DNA of 64,000 bases from Pseudomonadota bacterium (GTDB lineage Bacteria > Desulfobacterota > Binatia > Binatales > Binataceae), in NCBI GenBank assembly GCA_021324855.1, contig JAJPIG010000022.1, positions 185,777 to 249,776 on the forward strand, given 5' to 3'. Below are positions 1-12,394 of the stretch, piece by piece. The first letter of the stretch is position 1; each line of letters opens with the position of its first letter. Position numbers and translations under genes: made by a program. The notes below the pieces were generated by a model that worked only from the letters and a program-made list of their open reading frames with translations, did not search any database and was not told the DNA's origin.

Positions 1-716
1 ACGCCGGGTGGATCGAAACGCTGGACGTGCTGGAGAATGTGCGCAATTTCCGCGGGATCGATCTCGAGCTGCGCCGCCAGATCCTCGATCGGTGTTTCAA
101 GATAACCGTCGTCGTTCAGGTTGTAGATGAGCGCGGCGCCGATTTTCTGCTCGCGGTTGCTCAGGCTCGACATCCGAAGCTGCCAAATCAGATGGTCTTC
201 GAGCGAATTCCTGCGGGTCAGCGTGCTCTCCAGCGTGGGACGATCTTCTTCGCCCTGGCCGCCGAACGAGCCTTCCTGCCAATTGTTGGAGTAGTTCTCG
301 ACGTATTCGCGCCAGTCGATCTTGTCGAGTCCGTTCTGTTCCTTGATTTCAACCGCCGCATCGTGCGGCTCGCTGGCGACCGGCGTCGTGGGAATCTCGC
401 CGGGCGGCTCCCACGGATCGACCGGCGCGACGGCCTCCGTGACTGGCGCTTCCTCAGCAACGAGCTCGCCATTGGCGGGCGCCGCAGGCTCGCTATCCGC
501 GTAAGTCTCGGTATCGCTCATCGCGGTGGCAGTGATTTCGCTCGGGCTCGAATCGAGCGGCTCGAGCATGGGGTTGCGCTCGAGCTCGGTCTGGATAACC
601 GTTTCAAGCTCGGGCAGGGAAAGTTGCAGGATCTTGATCGCCTGCTGAAGCTGCGGGGTCATCACGAGCTGCTGGCGCAGCCGCAAGTCCTGACCCAGTT
701 TTACTTCGAACGCCAT
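1..716 (-). CDS. rpoN: RNA polymerase sigma-54 factor, N-terminal part. The gene continues beyond the window start.
   Basis: Hand translation of the reverse complement of 541-716 gives MAFEVKLGQDLRLRQQLVMTPQLQQAIKILQLSLPELETVIQTELERNPMLEPL. This is the hallmark sigma-54 N-terminal region (Gln/Leu-rich, LQQAI..LQLS motif). It is absent from the ORF track because no stop codon lies inside the window. It sits just downstream of lptA, as in canonical lptCAB-rpoN loci. Confidence 0.85.
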   Translation of the reverse strand, partial: MAFEVKLGQDLRLRQQLVMTPQLQQAIKILQLSLPELETVIQTELERNPMLEPLDSSPSEITATAMSDTETYADSEPAAPANGELVAEEAPVTEAVAPVDPWEPPGEIPTTPVASEPHDAAVEIKEQNGLDKIDWREYVENYSNNWQEGSFGGQGEEDRPTLESTLTRRNSLEDHLIWQLRMSSLSNREQKIGAALIYNLNDDGYLETPIEDLAAQLEIDPAEIAHILQHVQRFDPPG

Positions 717-723
717 GTTTCGC

Positions 724-1524
724 TCAGTGTCCGTCCGCCGGCGGCGCGGAAGCATTGCCCGCCGCGGGCGCGGATGCCGCCGGATCCACTGCTGTCGGCT
801 GGTCATCCGCCGTCGATGTATCGGACGACCCATTATCCGCAGTTTGCGTCTTATCACGATAGATCAGCGCGTGGGCGTGTTCGACGATACTCTTGCCGGT
901 CTTGAGATAGACCGTGATACGATCGCCGGTAATTTGATCCGGGCCGTCGTGCACGACCGGATTCCCGGTCAACACCACGGTGTTGACCTTCTCGTTCATC
1001 ACCGCGTGATCGCTGGTCGAATAGCGGCCGCCTTGCGAGATCCGCACGTTGCCATCGGCCGTCATGTCCTTGACGTCCTTGAAATTCTGCTCGTAATTGA
1101 CGTGCAGCGTGTCGCAGGTCATCTCGCTGCCGGATTGGATCGCATGCACATGACCGCTGAACAGTACCGCTTTTCCCTTGTAATCTAGCGCAAGCTGATC
1201 GGACTGGATGTTGATCGGACCCTTGCTCGCGGTCAGCGCGAACGGCGAGTTGGCGTCATCGGAGGATCCGGCGCTTGCCTCCTTCGCCGGCTTCTCGCTC
1301 ATCGCGGTTCTGGTTTTCGCATGATGCGCCGGCTTGGCGATGCTCGGCGCCGACGAGATGGTCGATTCCTGCGCGCCTGCCGGGATCGATACCAGGAGCA
1401 GCGCCAGAGACGGCAGTACCGCGCTGAGCGTGAGGCGAAGGAGCCGCCCCGCCCGCTGGTCATGATTTTTGTTTGGATTTGGCACTGCTCGAATCCTGAA
1501 TAATCTCGGTATTGACCTGGCCAC
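724..1524 (-). CDS. lptA: LPS transport periplasmic protein LptA (OstA-like) with a C-terminal Ala/Pro/Asp-rich low-complexity tail. The true start is probably internal to the ORF.
   Basis: OstA/LptA fold signature PINIQSDQLALDYKGKAVLFSGHVHAIQ...VVLTGNPVVHDGPDQITGDRITVYLKTGKS. Signal-peptide-like LTLSAVLPSLALLLVSIPAGAQE. The ORF N-terminus overlaps the lptC stop at 1460, so the real start is likely an alternative codon near 1440-1460. Confidence 0.75.
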   Translation of the reverse strand: MARSIPRLFRIRAVPNPNKNHDQRAGRLLRLTLSAVLPSLALLLVSIPAGAQESTISSAPSIAKPAHHAKTRTAMSEKPAKEASAGSSDDANSPFALTASKGPINIQSDQLALDYKGKAVLFSGHVHAIQSGSEMTCDTLHVNYEQNFKDVKDMTADGNVRISQGGRYSTSDHAVMNEKVNTVVLTGNPVVHDGPDQITGDRITVYLKTGKSIVEHAHALIYRDKTQTADNGSSDTSTADDQPTAVDPAASAPAAGNASAPPADGH

Positions 1525-2062
1525 CGAGCACGAATTGCTGCTGGTGCGGATGGCCGTTCAGACCGGTGCCGGTCACCCTGATGCCCTGGCCGGTTACGAT
1601 CACGCCGCCGGGCGCGTTGAGCGCATCGGCATCGGGGATGAAGGTCGCGCGCTCGGTGGTGAGTATGAACTCCCCGTAATGGACAGTAATACCGCCGCTC
1701 ATGTCGGCCTGCTGTACATGGTTGCCGTTCATTTTTAGCGTTACGGCCGGCGCATTGAGCATGACTGACTTGCCGTCGGATGCGATCATCTCGACTTTGG
1801 CATCCTTAAGCAGCACCGAGGTCTTGTCCTTCGCGTAGCTGGCGTCACGCGCGGTCAGCACCCATTCTTTCTGTCCGGCCTTCATTTGGGTCCAATGAAA
1901 GTTGCGCGCATGCAGCAGCGCTCCCGGAACCATTCCGGTCGGCAGGGTCGCGCGATGCTCGGGTGAGCGCCTGTGAACCACTCCTATGGTCACCACCAGA
2001 ATCGCGCCGAGTGCGAGAATCCCAAACCCGGCCAAAACTCTGGCTATACGTTTGGGACTCAT
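1460..2062 (-). CDS. lptC: LPS export protein LptC (membrane-anchored periplasmic)
   Basis: N-terminal TM anchor MSPKRIARVLAGFGILALGAILVVTIGVV followed by a beta-jellyroll-like domain of about 170 aa. Position between kdsA and lptA matches conserved kdsA-lptC-lptA synteny. Confidence 0.6.
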   Translation of the reverse strand: MSPKRIARVLAGFGILALGAILVVTIGVVHRRSPEHRATLPTGMVPGALLHARNFHWTQMKAGQKEWVLTARDASYAKDKTSVLLKDAKVEMIASDGKSVMLNAPAVTLKMNGNHVQQADMSGGITVHYGEFILTTERATFIPDADALNAPGGVIVTGQGIRVTGTGLNGHPHQQQFVLGGQVNTEIIQDSSSAKSKQKS

Positions 2063-2163
2063 TGTCTGGCATTCCGAGCTGACAAAAGCGTATCAGGCGG
2101 ATTTTTTTATGTAAACCGAGCCGGACGAAACGCCGCGCGATCCGGTCATCTTGTGGCAGGAAC

Positions 2164-5424
<3,261 letters not shown>

Positions 5425-5550
5425 GGCACTTTTAGCGCACGCTCGGCCATTGGTACCTTCACCGTTTCGAGGGTGTCAATTTTAGCCGCGTGCTTTAATC
5501 AACAGCTTCGGCGCCGAATTTTGAATTGAGTCAACGCAAAAATCTTATCG

Positions 5551-5673
5551 CTAACCCCGCTGGCGCGTGCGGCGCATCCGGCGCTTGCGCGCGCGGACCT
5601 GGGTCGGGCTGGTGCGGCGTTTCTTGGCGAGACGGCGGTTGCGCCGATTGCGCTGTCGTGAAGCTGCTTTCAT
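5551..5673 (-). CDS. Possible small, extremely basic protein (40 aa, MKAASRQRNRRNRRLAKKRRTSPTQVRARKRRMRRTRQRG). Uncertain.
   Basis: Starts at an ATG immediately after the dacC-like stop, with AGGTGG four nt upstream. The composition resembles small ribosomal or nucleic-acid-binding proteins. Could equally be a high-GC artefact. Confidence 0.25.
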   Translation of the reverse strand: MKAASRQRNRRNRRLAKKRRTSPTQVRARKRRMRRTRQRG

Positions 5674-6930
5674 CTAACCACCTGGCTGCTGCCGATAAAG
5701 CGGCGGCTTTGGATTGTTTCCCGCGGCCTCGTTGACGGTCGCCCCGTTGGCAGCGGGATCGCGACCGATGGTGCTGAGCGGGCAGATCGCCGGGACGTCA
5801 TCGAGCACGTCCTCCCCCGCCATCACCACCACCTGGCCGAGCGGCATCCCGGCTTCGACGTGACCGGCTATAACCGCGGGAATTTCATACTGAAGATGTA
5901 TATCGTGAACGCTATCCTTGCGCACCACCACGCTCACGGGATGCGCAACGACTGGATAGATCAGCGCCCCTGAATCGGTCCGCACGTCGACCGGCAGCGG
6001 CTGCCCGCCCTTCAGCACAGGCACGCGAGTGAAGTTGTCGAAGCCCCATTCGAGGAAACGTGCGGCCTGCGCAAAGCGCTGGGCGTTCGATGGAGCGCCG
6101 AGCACGACCGCGATCAACCGCATGTCGCCGCGCCGGGCGGTCGCGGTCAGGTTGAAGCCGGCGCGGAACGTGAAGCCGGTCTTGAGGCCATCGCAGCCCT
6201 CGAAATGACCAATCAGATGGTTGGTATTATGGAGCATCGCCACGCCGCCATCGAACGATGTTCTCTCCAGCCCCGACCAGCCGAGCAGGTCGGTATGATA
6301 GATGAGCTCACGGGCAAGCGTTGCGAGATCGCGGGCGCTCGTGAAGTCAACGTCGTGAGCGGGAGTGGGAGGTAGGCCGTCGACCGTCTGATATTCAGTC
6401 GCGGTCATCCCGAGCGCTCGCGCACGAAGGTTCATCAGACGGACCGTGTTTTCAACCGAACCGCCGACAGCCTCGGCCACCGCGACCGCGGCGTCATTTG
6501 CCGATCGAATCAGCGCGGCTTTCATCAACTCGCCGAGGGGATAGACCTGACCTTCGCGCAGCCCGAGGCGCGATCCTCCGGTGAACGCAGCGCGCGCCGA
6601 AATCACCACCGGCTGGCTCAGCCGGACGCGTCCGGCCTTGATCTGATCTTCAGCGACCAGCAGCAGCATCATTTTGGCCATCGAGGCCGGCGGCCATACG
6701 AGGTCCGCGTTTTCCTGATACAGAATCCGTCCCGAATCAGCATCCTCAACCAGCACCGCATGATAGAGCGGCGCGTTGCTCGCGGCCGCTCTGTGATGCG
6801 AACGATGGTGATGATGCGTGTGGGTTGAGCGCGATGCGAATACCGGCCGCGCCATGAACGGCGCGAGCGCGACCATCAGGGCCGCCGCGATACCACGATA
6901 GAAAATCAGCCGCCCATCCAAATCCGCCAC
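5674..6930 (-). CDS. dacC: D-alanyl-D-alanine carboxypeptidase (PBP5/6-like serine peptidase) with a His-rich tract after the signal peptide
   Basis: SxxK (SMAKMM), SxN (SAND) and KTG (GLKTGFT) motifs. Signal peptide. Unusual THTHHHHRSHHRAAAS segment near the mature N-terminus. Confidence 0.85.
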   Translation of the reverse strand: MADLDGRLIFYRGIAAALMVALAPFMARPVFASRSTHTHHHHRSHHRAAASNAPLYHAVLVEDADSGRILYQENADLVWPPASMAKMMLLLVAEDQIKAGRVRLSQPVVISARAAFTGGSRLGLREGQVYPLGELMKAALIRSANDAAVAVAEAVGGSVENTVRLMNLRARALGMTATEYQTVDGLPPTPAHDVDFTSARDLATLARELIYHTDLLGWSGLERTSFDGGVAMLHNTNHLIGHFEGCDGLKTGFTFRAGFNLTATARRGDMRLIAVVLGAPSNAQRFAQAARFLEWGFDNFTRVPVLKGGQPLPVDVRTDSGALIYPVVAHPVSVVVRKDSVHDIHLQYEIPAVIAGHVEAGMPLGQVVVMAGEDVLDDVPAICPLSTIGRDPAANGATVNEAAGNNPKPPLYRQQPGG

Positions 6931-6961
6931 CTGCCTTATCTGGAATCCCCTCGGCCCGGCC

Positions 6962-7669
6962 TTACGGCGTCCGAGTCAAACTCTCGGAATTCTCCCTCGC
7001 CGAGAAGGCGCGTCCCTGTTCAGCCTGACGCAAAAGTGCCAGATTCTCGCGCGCTGGGGAATAGTCAGGCGCCGAATCGGCCAACTCCTGCCATTCAGCG
7101 CGCGCGCGCGAGTAGTTTCCCTCCTCGGCGTAAATTACGCCGAGCTGATTACGGGCATCGACCTGCAATGGATCGAGACGGAGCGAAAGCAGGATTTCCT
7201 GCTCGGCCTGCTTGAGCTTGCCGCGCCGCTCATAGGCGATTCCGAGATTGTAATGGGTCTCCGGGTGCTCAGGCGCGAGCAAAGTCGCGAGCTGAAGTAC
7301 GTCGATCGCTGTGTCGGGCTGGTTGATTTCGAGATAGAGCAGCCCAAGGTTCAGGAACAGATCCCAATCGCTAAGGCCCAGGCGCACGGCAGCCTGGTAT
7401 TCGCTCAGTTCCTGCCGATGCTCTCCGATCAGGCCCTCCGCGAAACCGAGATGATAATGCGCAAGCGCGTTGTCTGGATGCTCTTTGATCACTTCCCGAT
7501 GCCGCCGGATCGCTTCCGGATAATTCTCCATCCCGAGGTAGTAGTCCGCGAGCGGATCGCAAACCTGTGGCTCGGAGACGGCAGCCGGAGCTGGGCGAGC
7601 TTCGAAGGGCCGTTGAAACATCAACGACGACAAAAGAAGCACTATGACGAGCCAACGGCGGGTCGCCAA
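6962..7669 (-). CDS. Secreted TPR-repeat protein
   Basis: Signal peptide MATRRWLVIVLLLSSLMF, then several 34-aa TPR-like repeats (AHYHLGFAEGLIGEHRQE..., THYNLGIAYERRGKLKQA...). Confidence 0.7.
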   Translation of the reverse strand: MATRRWLVIVLLLSSLMFQRPFEARPAPAAVSEPQVCDPLADYYLGMENYPEAIRRHREVIKEHPDNALAHYHLGFAEGLIGEHRQELSEYQAAVRLGLSDWDLFLNLGLLYLEINQPDTAIDVLQLATLLAPEHPETHYNLGIAYERRGKLKQAEQEILLSLRLDPLQVDARNQLGVIYAEEGNYSRARAEWQELADSAPDYSPARENLALLRQAEQGRAFSARENSESLTRTP

Positions 7670-7769
7670 AACTTTACGAACGCACGGCGCTGAGGACGCG
7701 TGGCGGCGCTCGCAACAGAATTTAGCTGGATTTCAGAACGCAAAAAAGCGGGCGAGACATGAAAACTGT

Positions 7770-7843
7770 CGCCAGACGAAAAAAATTACTGAAACATAAT
7801 GCGAGGCCGGCCGCCATCGACGTTCGCGTGGCCGGCCGGCCTC
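7770..7843 (-). terminator. Rho-independent terminator candidate for the His-rich protein gene (possibly bidirectional)
   Basis: Perfect 11-bp GC stem GAGGCCGGCCG (7803-7813) pairs with CGGCCGGCCTC (7833-7843). On the minus strand a U-rich tract follows (GCAUUAUGUUUCAGUAAUUUUUUU); on the plus strand ATGGTTTTG follows. Confidence 0.45.
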
Positions 7844-7860
7844 ATGGTTTTGCAGACTAG

Positions 7861-8166
7861 TTACGGATTGGTTCCGCCGCTCGTTCCACCAGTCGCAGGC
7901 GCCGCCGGAGCGCCCGCGCCCTCAGTGCCAGTTGCGGCTTTCTCCTTGGCCTTGTGATGATGCTTGCGCCAGTGATGGTGATGATGCTTCGTCGTGGTCT
8001 TGGTCTCCGGCGCCATTTTGCCGCCACCGGACGGCGCAGCCTCGGAGGACGACGCTGCGGGCGCTGCAGGGGCGCCGCCCGCGGCCCCCGTATCTTGCGC
8101 AAACACCGGCACTGCCATCGCGCCGGCGAATACCGCCGCTGTCATCACTGAAAGGACCCGTTTCAT
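7861..8166 (-). CDS. Small secreted His-rich protein (about 101 aa)
   Basis: Start MKRVLSVMTAAVFAGAMAVPVFAQD is a signal peptide, with AGGAG nine nt upstream of the ATG. Gly/Ala/Pro-rich body with a TKHHHHHWRKHHHKAKEK cluster. The longer ORF-track N-terminus (MEKRGSL...) is probably not translated. Confidence 0.6.
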   Translation of the reverse strand: MKRVLSVMTAAVFAGAMAVPVFAQDTGAAGGAPAAPAASSSEAAPSGGGKMAPETKTTTKHHHHHWRKHHHKAKEKAATGTEGAGAPAAPATGGTSGGTNP

Positions 8167-8402
8167 CTGAGGAATCTCCTTGTGGTTTGGGCGGCCCATA
8201 AGCGAACCGCGCTTTTCCAAGCTTCAATCAAGCGAACTTTGTGCCATGGGAAAACAGTCCAGATTATTGGACCTTTCCACCGGTTCCGCCTCCACTCTAT
8301 CGCAATACGTAGAAGCATGCATCCGCTTTAAGTAGAATTTCTAATCGCATGATGGGCTAAGATTCGCAATAGCTTGCGGATCAATTTTTTGGATCCGATG
8401 GC

Positions 8403-9167
8403 CTAACCAGCGCGGCGACTGCGCCGCGCCTCCAATCGCAGCTCACTATACAGAGCGAAAAGTTCGCGGAACGCGCGCATCACGACGCGCAGATTCGCGC
8501 CCGACTGCTCGCCGACTCGACGCGGCAAATGACGCACATCGACTTCCCGGAACCGTGCGCCGCGTCCTGCCATCCGCGCAAGCAATTCCGCCGAAATCAT
8601 CGCGCCGCTTGCACGCAGCTTGCCGGGGTCGATCAAATCGCGCTTGAAGAGTTTGAAGCCGCAATCGACATCGCGCGATCGAATGCCGAACAACAGCCGC
8701 ATCAGAATGGTCCACGCGCGGCCGTTAAGCCGGCGCGTCAGCGGATCGGCGCGATGTACGCGATGCCCGATGATCGCGTCGAAGCGCCCAGCGTACGCCG
8801 CCATCGTGACGACGTCAGCTGCGTCGAACTGCCCGTCGCCATCGCAGAGCATCAGCCATGGCTTGGTGGCTGCTGCGATTCCGGAGATCACCGCGCCTCC
8901 GTATCCACGATTGCGCTCATGATGCACCACGCGCACGTGAGAATCGGCCTGGGCCAGCCGGTCGGCGATTTCGCCGGTACGGTCACGGCTGCCGTCGTCA
9001 ACCACGATGATCTCATAGTCGCGCGCCACGCGCGGCAGGACCGCAGTGAACCCCGCGATCACCCGCTCGACGTTACCCTCCTCGTTGTGCGAGGGCAGGA
9101 AGACGCTTAAGCCTTCAAGCGGCGGAGCCGGCGCAGCCGACCCCTCCGGCGGCGATGATTCATCCAC
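8403..9167 (-). CDS. Family 2 glycosyltransferase (dolichyl-/polyprenyl-phosphate sugar transferase-like)
   Basis: LSVFLPSHNEEGNVERVI...YEIIVVDDGSRDRT...NRGYGGAVISG...DGDGQ is the GT2 DxD/DGS architecture. The start is placed at GTG 9167, after the flavin reductase stop. The upstream part of the ORF overlaps that gene. Confidence 0.75.
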   Translation of the reverse strand: MDESSPPEGSAAPAPPLEGLSVFLPSHNEEGNVERVIAGFTAVLPRVARDYEIIVVDDGSRDRTGEIADRLAQADSHVRVVHHERNRGYGGAVISGIAAATKPWLMLCDGDGQFDAADVVTMAAYAGRFDAIIGHRVHRADPLTRRLNGRAWTILMRLLFGIRSRDVDCGFKLFKRDLIDPGKLRASGAMISAELLARMAGRGARFREVDVRHLPRRVGEQSGANLRVVMRAFRELFALYSELRLEARRSRRAG

Positions 9168-9217
9168 CGGACCCAACCTCGTTGCGGATGCTTGACGGGG
9201 GCTGATTAGCACCCGGT

Positions 9218-9694
9218 TCAGGGTGCGATCGAGCGATAACCGCCGCGATAGAACAACAGCGGCTGACCTTCGAGGGACGATGCTTCCTCGACTTCGCCCA
9301 GATAAATGGTGTGGTCCCCGCCCTCGTACGTCGCGACGATCCGGCACTCCATATACGCGAGGACATTGTTCAGGATCGGCGCGCCGTTAGCCCCGATGCG
9401 GTAGGAAACGCCGTGGAACTTGTTCTCGCCCTTGGTGGCGAAGCGGCGCGACAAATCCTCCTGATCGGCGGAAAGCACGTTGACTGTGAATAGCTTGGTT
9501 TCCTCGAAGTGCGGATAGCACTCGGCGCTCTTATCGACACATATCAGAAGCAGCGGCGGAACAAGCGAGACCGAGGTCAGCGCGTTCGCAGTGAGACCGA
9601 AGAGCTGGCCGTCCTTGGAGACGGTGGTGATGATCGAGACGCCGGTTGCGAAGTGACCCATCACCCGGCGCAGTTCGTTCTTGTCTATTGGCAT
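9218..9694 (-). CDS. Flavin reductase (HpaC/NADH:FMN oxidoreductase-like)
   Basis: RRVMGHFATGVSIITTVSKDGQLFGLTANALTSVSLVPPLLLICVDK is the flavin_reduct domain signature. Confidence 0.8.
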   Translation of the reverse strand: MPIDKNELRRVMGHFATGVSIITTVSKDGQLFGLTANALTSVSLVPPLLLICVDKSAECYPHFEETKLFTVNVLSADQEDLSRRFATKGENKFHGVSYRIGANGAPILNNVLAYMECRIVATYEGGDHTIYLGEVEEASSLEGQPLLFYRGGYRSIAP

Positions 9695-9816
9695 AATTCG
9701 ATTTCCAAAACGGATAGTATCAGCCGCTTCGATTAATGGTCAATTTGGGCCCGTCTTTGCCTCGCTCTTCAAATTTTTGCACACCAGATTGACGTTGACT
9801 TTCGGCAATTGAAGAA

Positions 9817-10605
9817 TTGGTGCGCATCATGATTGACCGGGCGATGGGCTGGCGGCGGAATAGGAAGCTGATGGTTTGGGCGGCGCTTGCGCTCGGTATC
9901 CTCATGGCGTTGGCGGGAGCGGTGCATGCCTTCGCTGCATCGACTGCGGCCCCAAGCGTCACTGCCACGGCCGCTCCAACCATCGCTGCAACGCCGATTG
10001 GGGCTCCAGCGCCGACTTCCAGCGCCACGGCCTCGGCAACGCCGAGCGCAGCCTCGAATCACAGCGTCAACTCGATTGTATCCGCAATCAACCCGAAAGA
10101 AACACCCGGCGTGATCGCGTTGCTGCAGACCACGGACGGTTCCGAGCGCAATCCCGATAACTGGGTAGTGAGAGTCTACAAGTCGCACCATCAGCTGGTC
10201 GTCTTCTACAAAGGTCGATTGTACCGTTCATATCGCGCAGTGTTCGGCCGAAATCTCGATACCAGCGCCAAAGTTTTCGCAGGTGATCGCCGCACGCCCG
10301 AAGGCGCGTATTTTATCATCAGCAAGTATCCGAGCCGCCGATGGCGATACTTCCTCAAACTGAATTATCCCAACATGATTGATCTGTCACGTTTCGAGGA
10401 ATTGCGTGCCGCACATGAGATCCCGACCGTCGGTGGGCGCCATGCGGACGCCGGCGGCGCGATCGGGATTCACGGTACCGATGTTCCGGTTCTCAATGAG
10501 GGGAACGTCAATTGGACGACGGGGTGCATCTCCGTTGACAACGGCGCGATCGATGAGCTCGAAGCGCTGCTGCCGGTCGGAACTCTGGTCGTGATCGAAC
10601 CTTGA
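9817..10605 (+). CDS. L,D-transpeptidase (YkuD domain) with a signal-anchor and Ala/Thr/Pro-rich linker
   Basis: Catalytic His/Cys motifs IGIHGT and TTGCISV. N-terminal hydrophobic segment plus an ATP-rich linker. Confidence 0.8.
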   Translation: MVRIMIDRAMGWRRNRKLMVWAALALGILMALAGAVHAFAASTAAPSVTATAAPTIAATPIGAPAPTSSATASATPSAASNHSVNSIVSAINPKETPGVIALLQTTDGSERNPDNWVVRVYKSHHQLVVFYKGRLYRSYRAVFGRNLDTSAKVFAGDRRTPEGAYFIISKYPSRRWRYFLKLNYPNMIDLSRFEELRAAHEIPTVGGRHADAGGAIGIHGTDVPVLNEGNVNWTTGCISVDNGAIDELEALLPVGTLVVIEP

Positions 10606-10903
10606 TCATTTCAAAAATTATCCACAGCATCTCCACAAGCGATTTTTTCTCCAATTTAAATGGTGATTATTGAAGAGTTTTGTATCACATCCAAAATCTG
10701 CGATAAGTTCAGTGGATTAACGTTGTTTATAAAGCGTTAAGTAATATCAGATTATAATTGCCAATGATGAGAACGAATTCTTTGGTTGCTTTGGCATAAT
10801 TTTTCAAAACTTGCCACTCGATTTTTTAGCGAATTCGCGCCGAGATATTCCGGCTGGAAATACGAATAGAAACCATCAAAAGAAAATGCCCTGTTGACAA
10901 CTT
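10606..10903. other. AT-rich convergent intergenic island (roughly 35% GC in a 60-nt hand-counted sample)
   Basis: Lies between the 3' ends of the L,D-transpeptidase (+) and the permease (-). The composition departs sharply from the surrounding DNA. No convincing ORF. Confidence 0.5.
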
Positions 10904-12327
10904 TCAATTTAATTTTTGATGCTTCATGTAGTAGCCATAAACCGGCATACCGGAGAGCGCAATCAGAAGCCCTGGCCACGTGTAACCCGGCTTGAAGATG
11001 AGCAAATCGATCATAAGGGCGAGCGCTGCCACGATGTAGGTGGCGGGGACCCAGGGATATCCCCAGGCGTGGTACGGACGAGAGACGGCCGGCCACGCGA
11101 CTCGGAGCATAAAGACCGCACCAACCGTCAGCACGTAAAATCCGAGTTGCGCGAAAATCACATAATCGAGAAGTTCCGAGTAGGTGCCTGAGAGCGTCAG
11201 GATCGCGGCCCACAGTCCCTGAATCACCAGCGCGACGCTCGGCACGCTCGACCGGTTGAGCCGACCGGCCGCCTTGAACAATACGCCATCGAGCGCCATC
11301 GCATAGATCACGCGCGCACCCGTCAGGATCAGGCCGTTGGCGCAACCGAAGGTTGAGATCATCACGAGCACCGCGGTCAGCATCGCTCCCGGATGTCCCC
11401 ACACCACCTGCATCGCCGCCGCGGCCACCCGGTCATCGCTTGCATGCGCGATAGCCGGGGCTGGCAACTGGAAGAGGTAGGCGACGTTCGTAAGGCAATA
11501 GAGCAGGATTACGGCGCCCGTGCCGATCGCGAGCGAGAGCGGCACGTCGCGCCGCGGATCGCGCACCTCCGAGGCGGTGAAGGTCACGGTCGCCCACGCA
11601 TCAGCGGAGAACAGCCCGCCGACCATCGCAGCGCCGAATGCTGCGGCCATCCCGAGCGACCACCCCTGAGTACCGAAAAACGCGGCCGCCGATCCAAAAT
11701 TGGCAACTCGGGCGACAACATTGGGGGCGATCAGACAGCCAACAATAATTATCAAGAGCAGAGAGAGAAGCTTCGCTGCGGTAAAGGAATTTTGCACGAT
11801 TCGGCCCAGGTTGAGTCCGCGCAAGTTGGCGGCGGTCAGGAGAGCAATCACCGCGATGGCGCCCAGCCGCTCACCCGAGAGTCCCACACTGCCGATCCCG
11901 AACCAGAGCTTCGCTCCGAGCGCCGGCCAGATGACTCCGCCGAAGCGCGCGAAGGCGACTGCGACCGCCGCGATGGTACCGGTCTGGATGACCAGCAGCA
12001 GGGTCCATCCGTAGAGAAACGCCCACAGGCCGCCGTATGCTTCGCGCAGGTAGACATACTGGCCGCCCGCCTGCGGCATCATCGCTGCCAACTCGCCATA
12101 CGCGAGCGCGCCCGCGACCGTCATCAGGCCGCTCACGATCCAGACGCTGAGTAAGGCAGCCGGCGAACCGACGTGACGGACGATGTCGGCCGAGACGATA
12201 AAGATCCCTGATCCGATCATGTCGCCGGCGACGATTGCGGCGGCATCATACAGTGAGAGACCGGCGCGCAGACCCGCCGGTTCATCGACAACCAGCGTAG
12301 AAACTGGATCGGGAGCGCTCCCTCCCA
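10904..12327 (-). CDS. Amino acid permease (APC superfamily)
   Basis: Twelve predicted TM segments, GSGIFIV consensus region, about 474 aa from ATG 12327 (MGGSAPDPV...). The ORF-track extension to 12877 is Arg/Cys-rich junk that overlaps a divergent gene. Confidence 0.85.
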
Positions 12328-12394
12328 TAGTTGATTTATTCACGGCGAAGGAGTTTAGCTCATCGTAAGGGTATCGGTGCAGGCAGGAGCAGCC

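Noticed and set aside
27-905. 292-aa plus-strand ORF at the window start
   Set aside because: Arg/Leu-rich with no domain. Lies antisense to the clearly recognisable rpoN N-terminus and the lptA C-terminus, so it is a high-GC shadow ORF.
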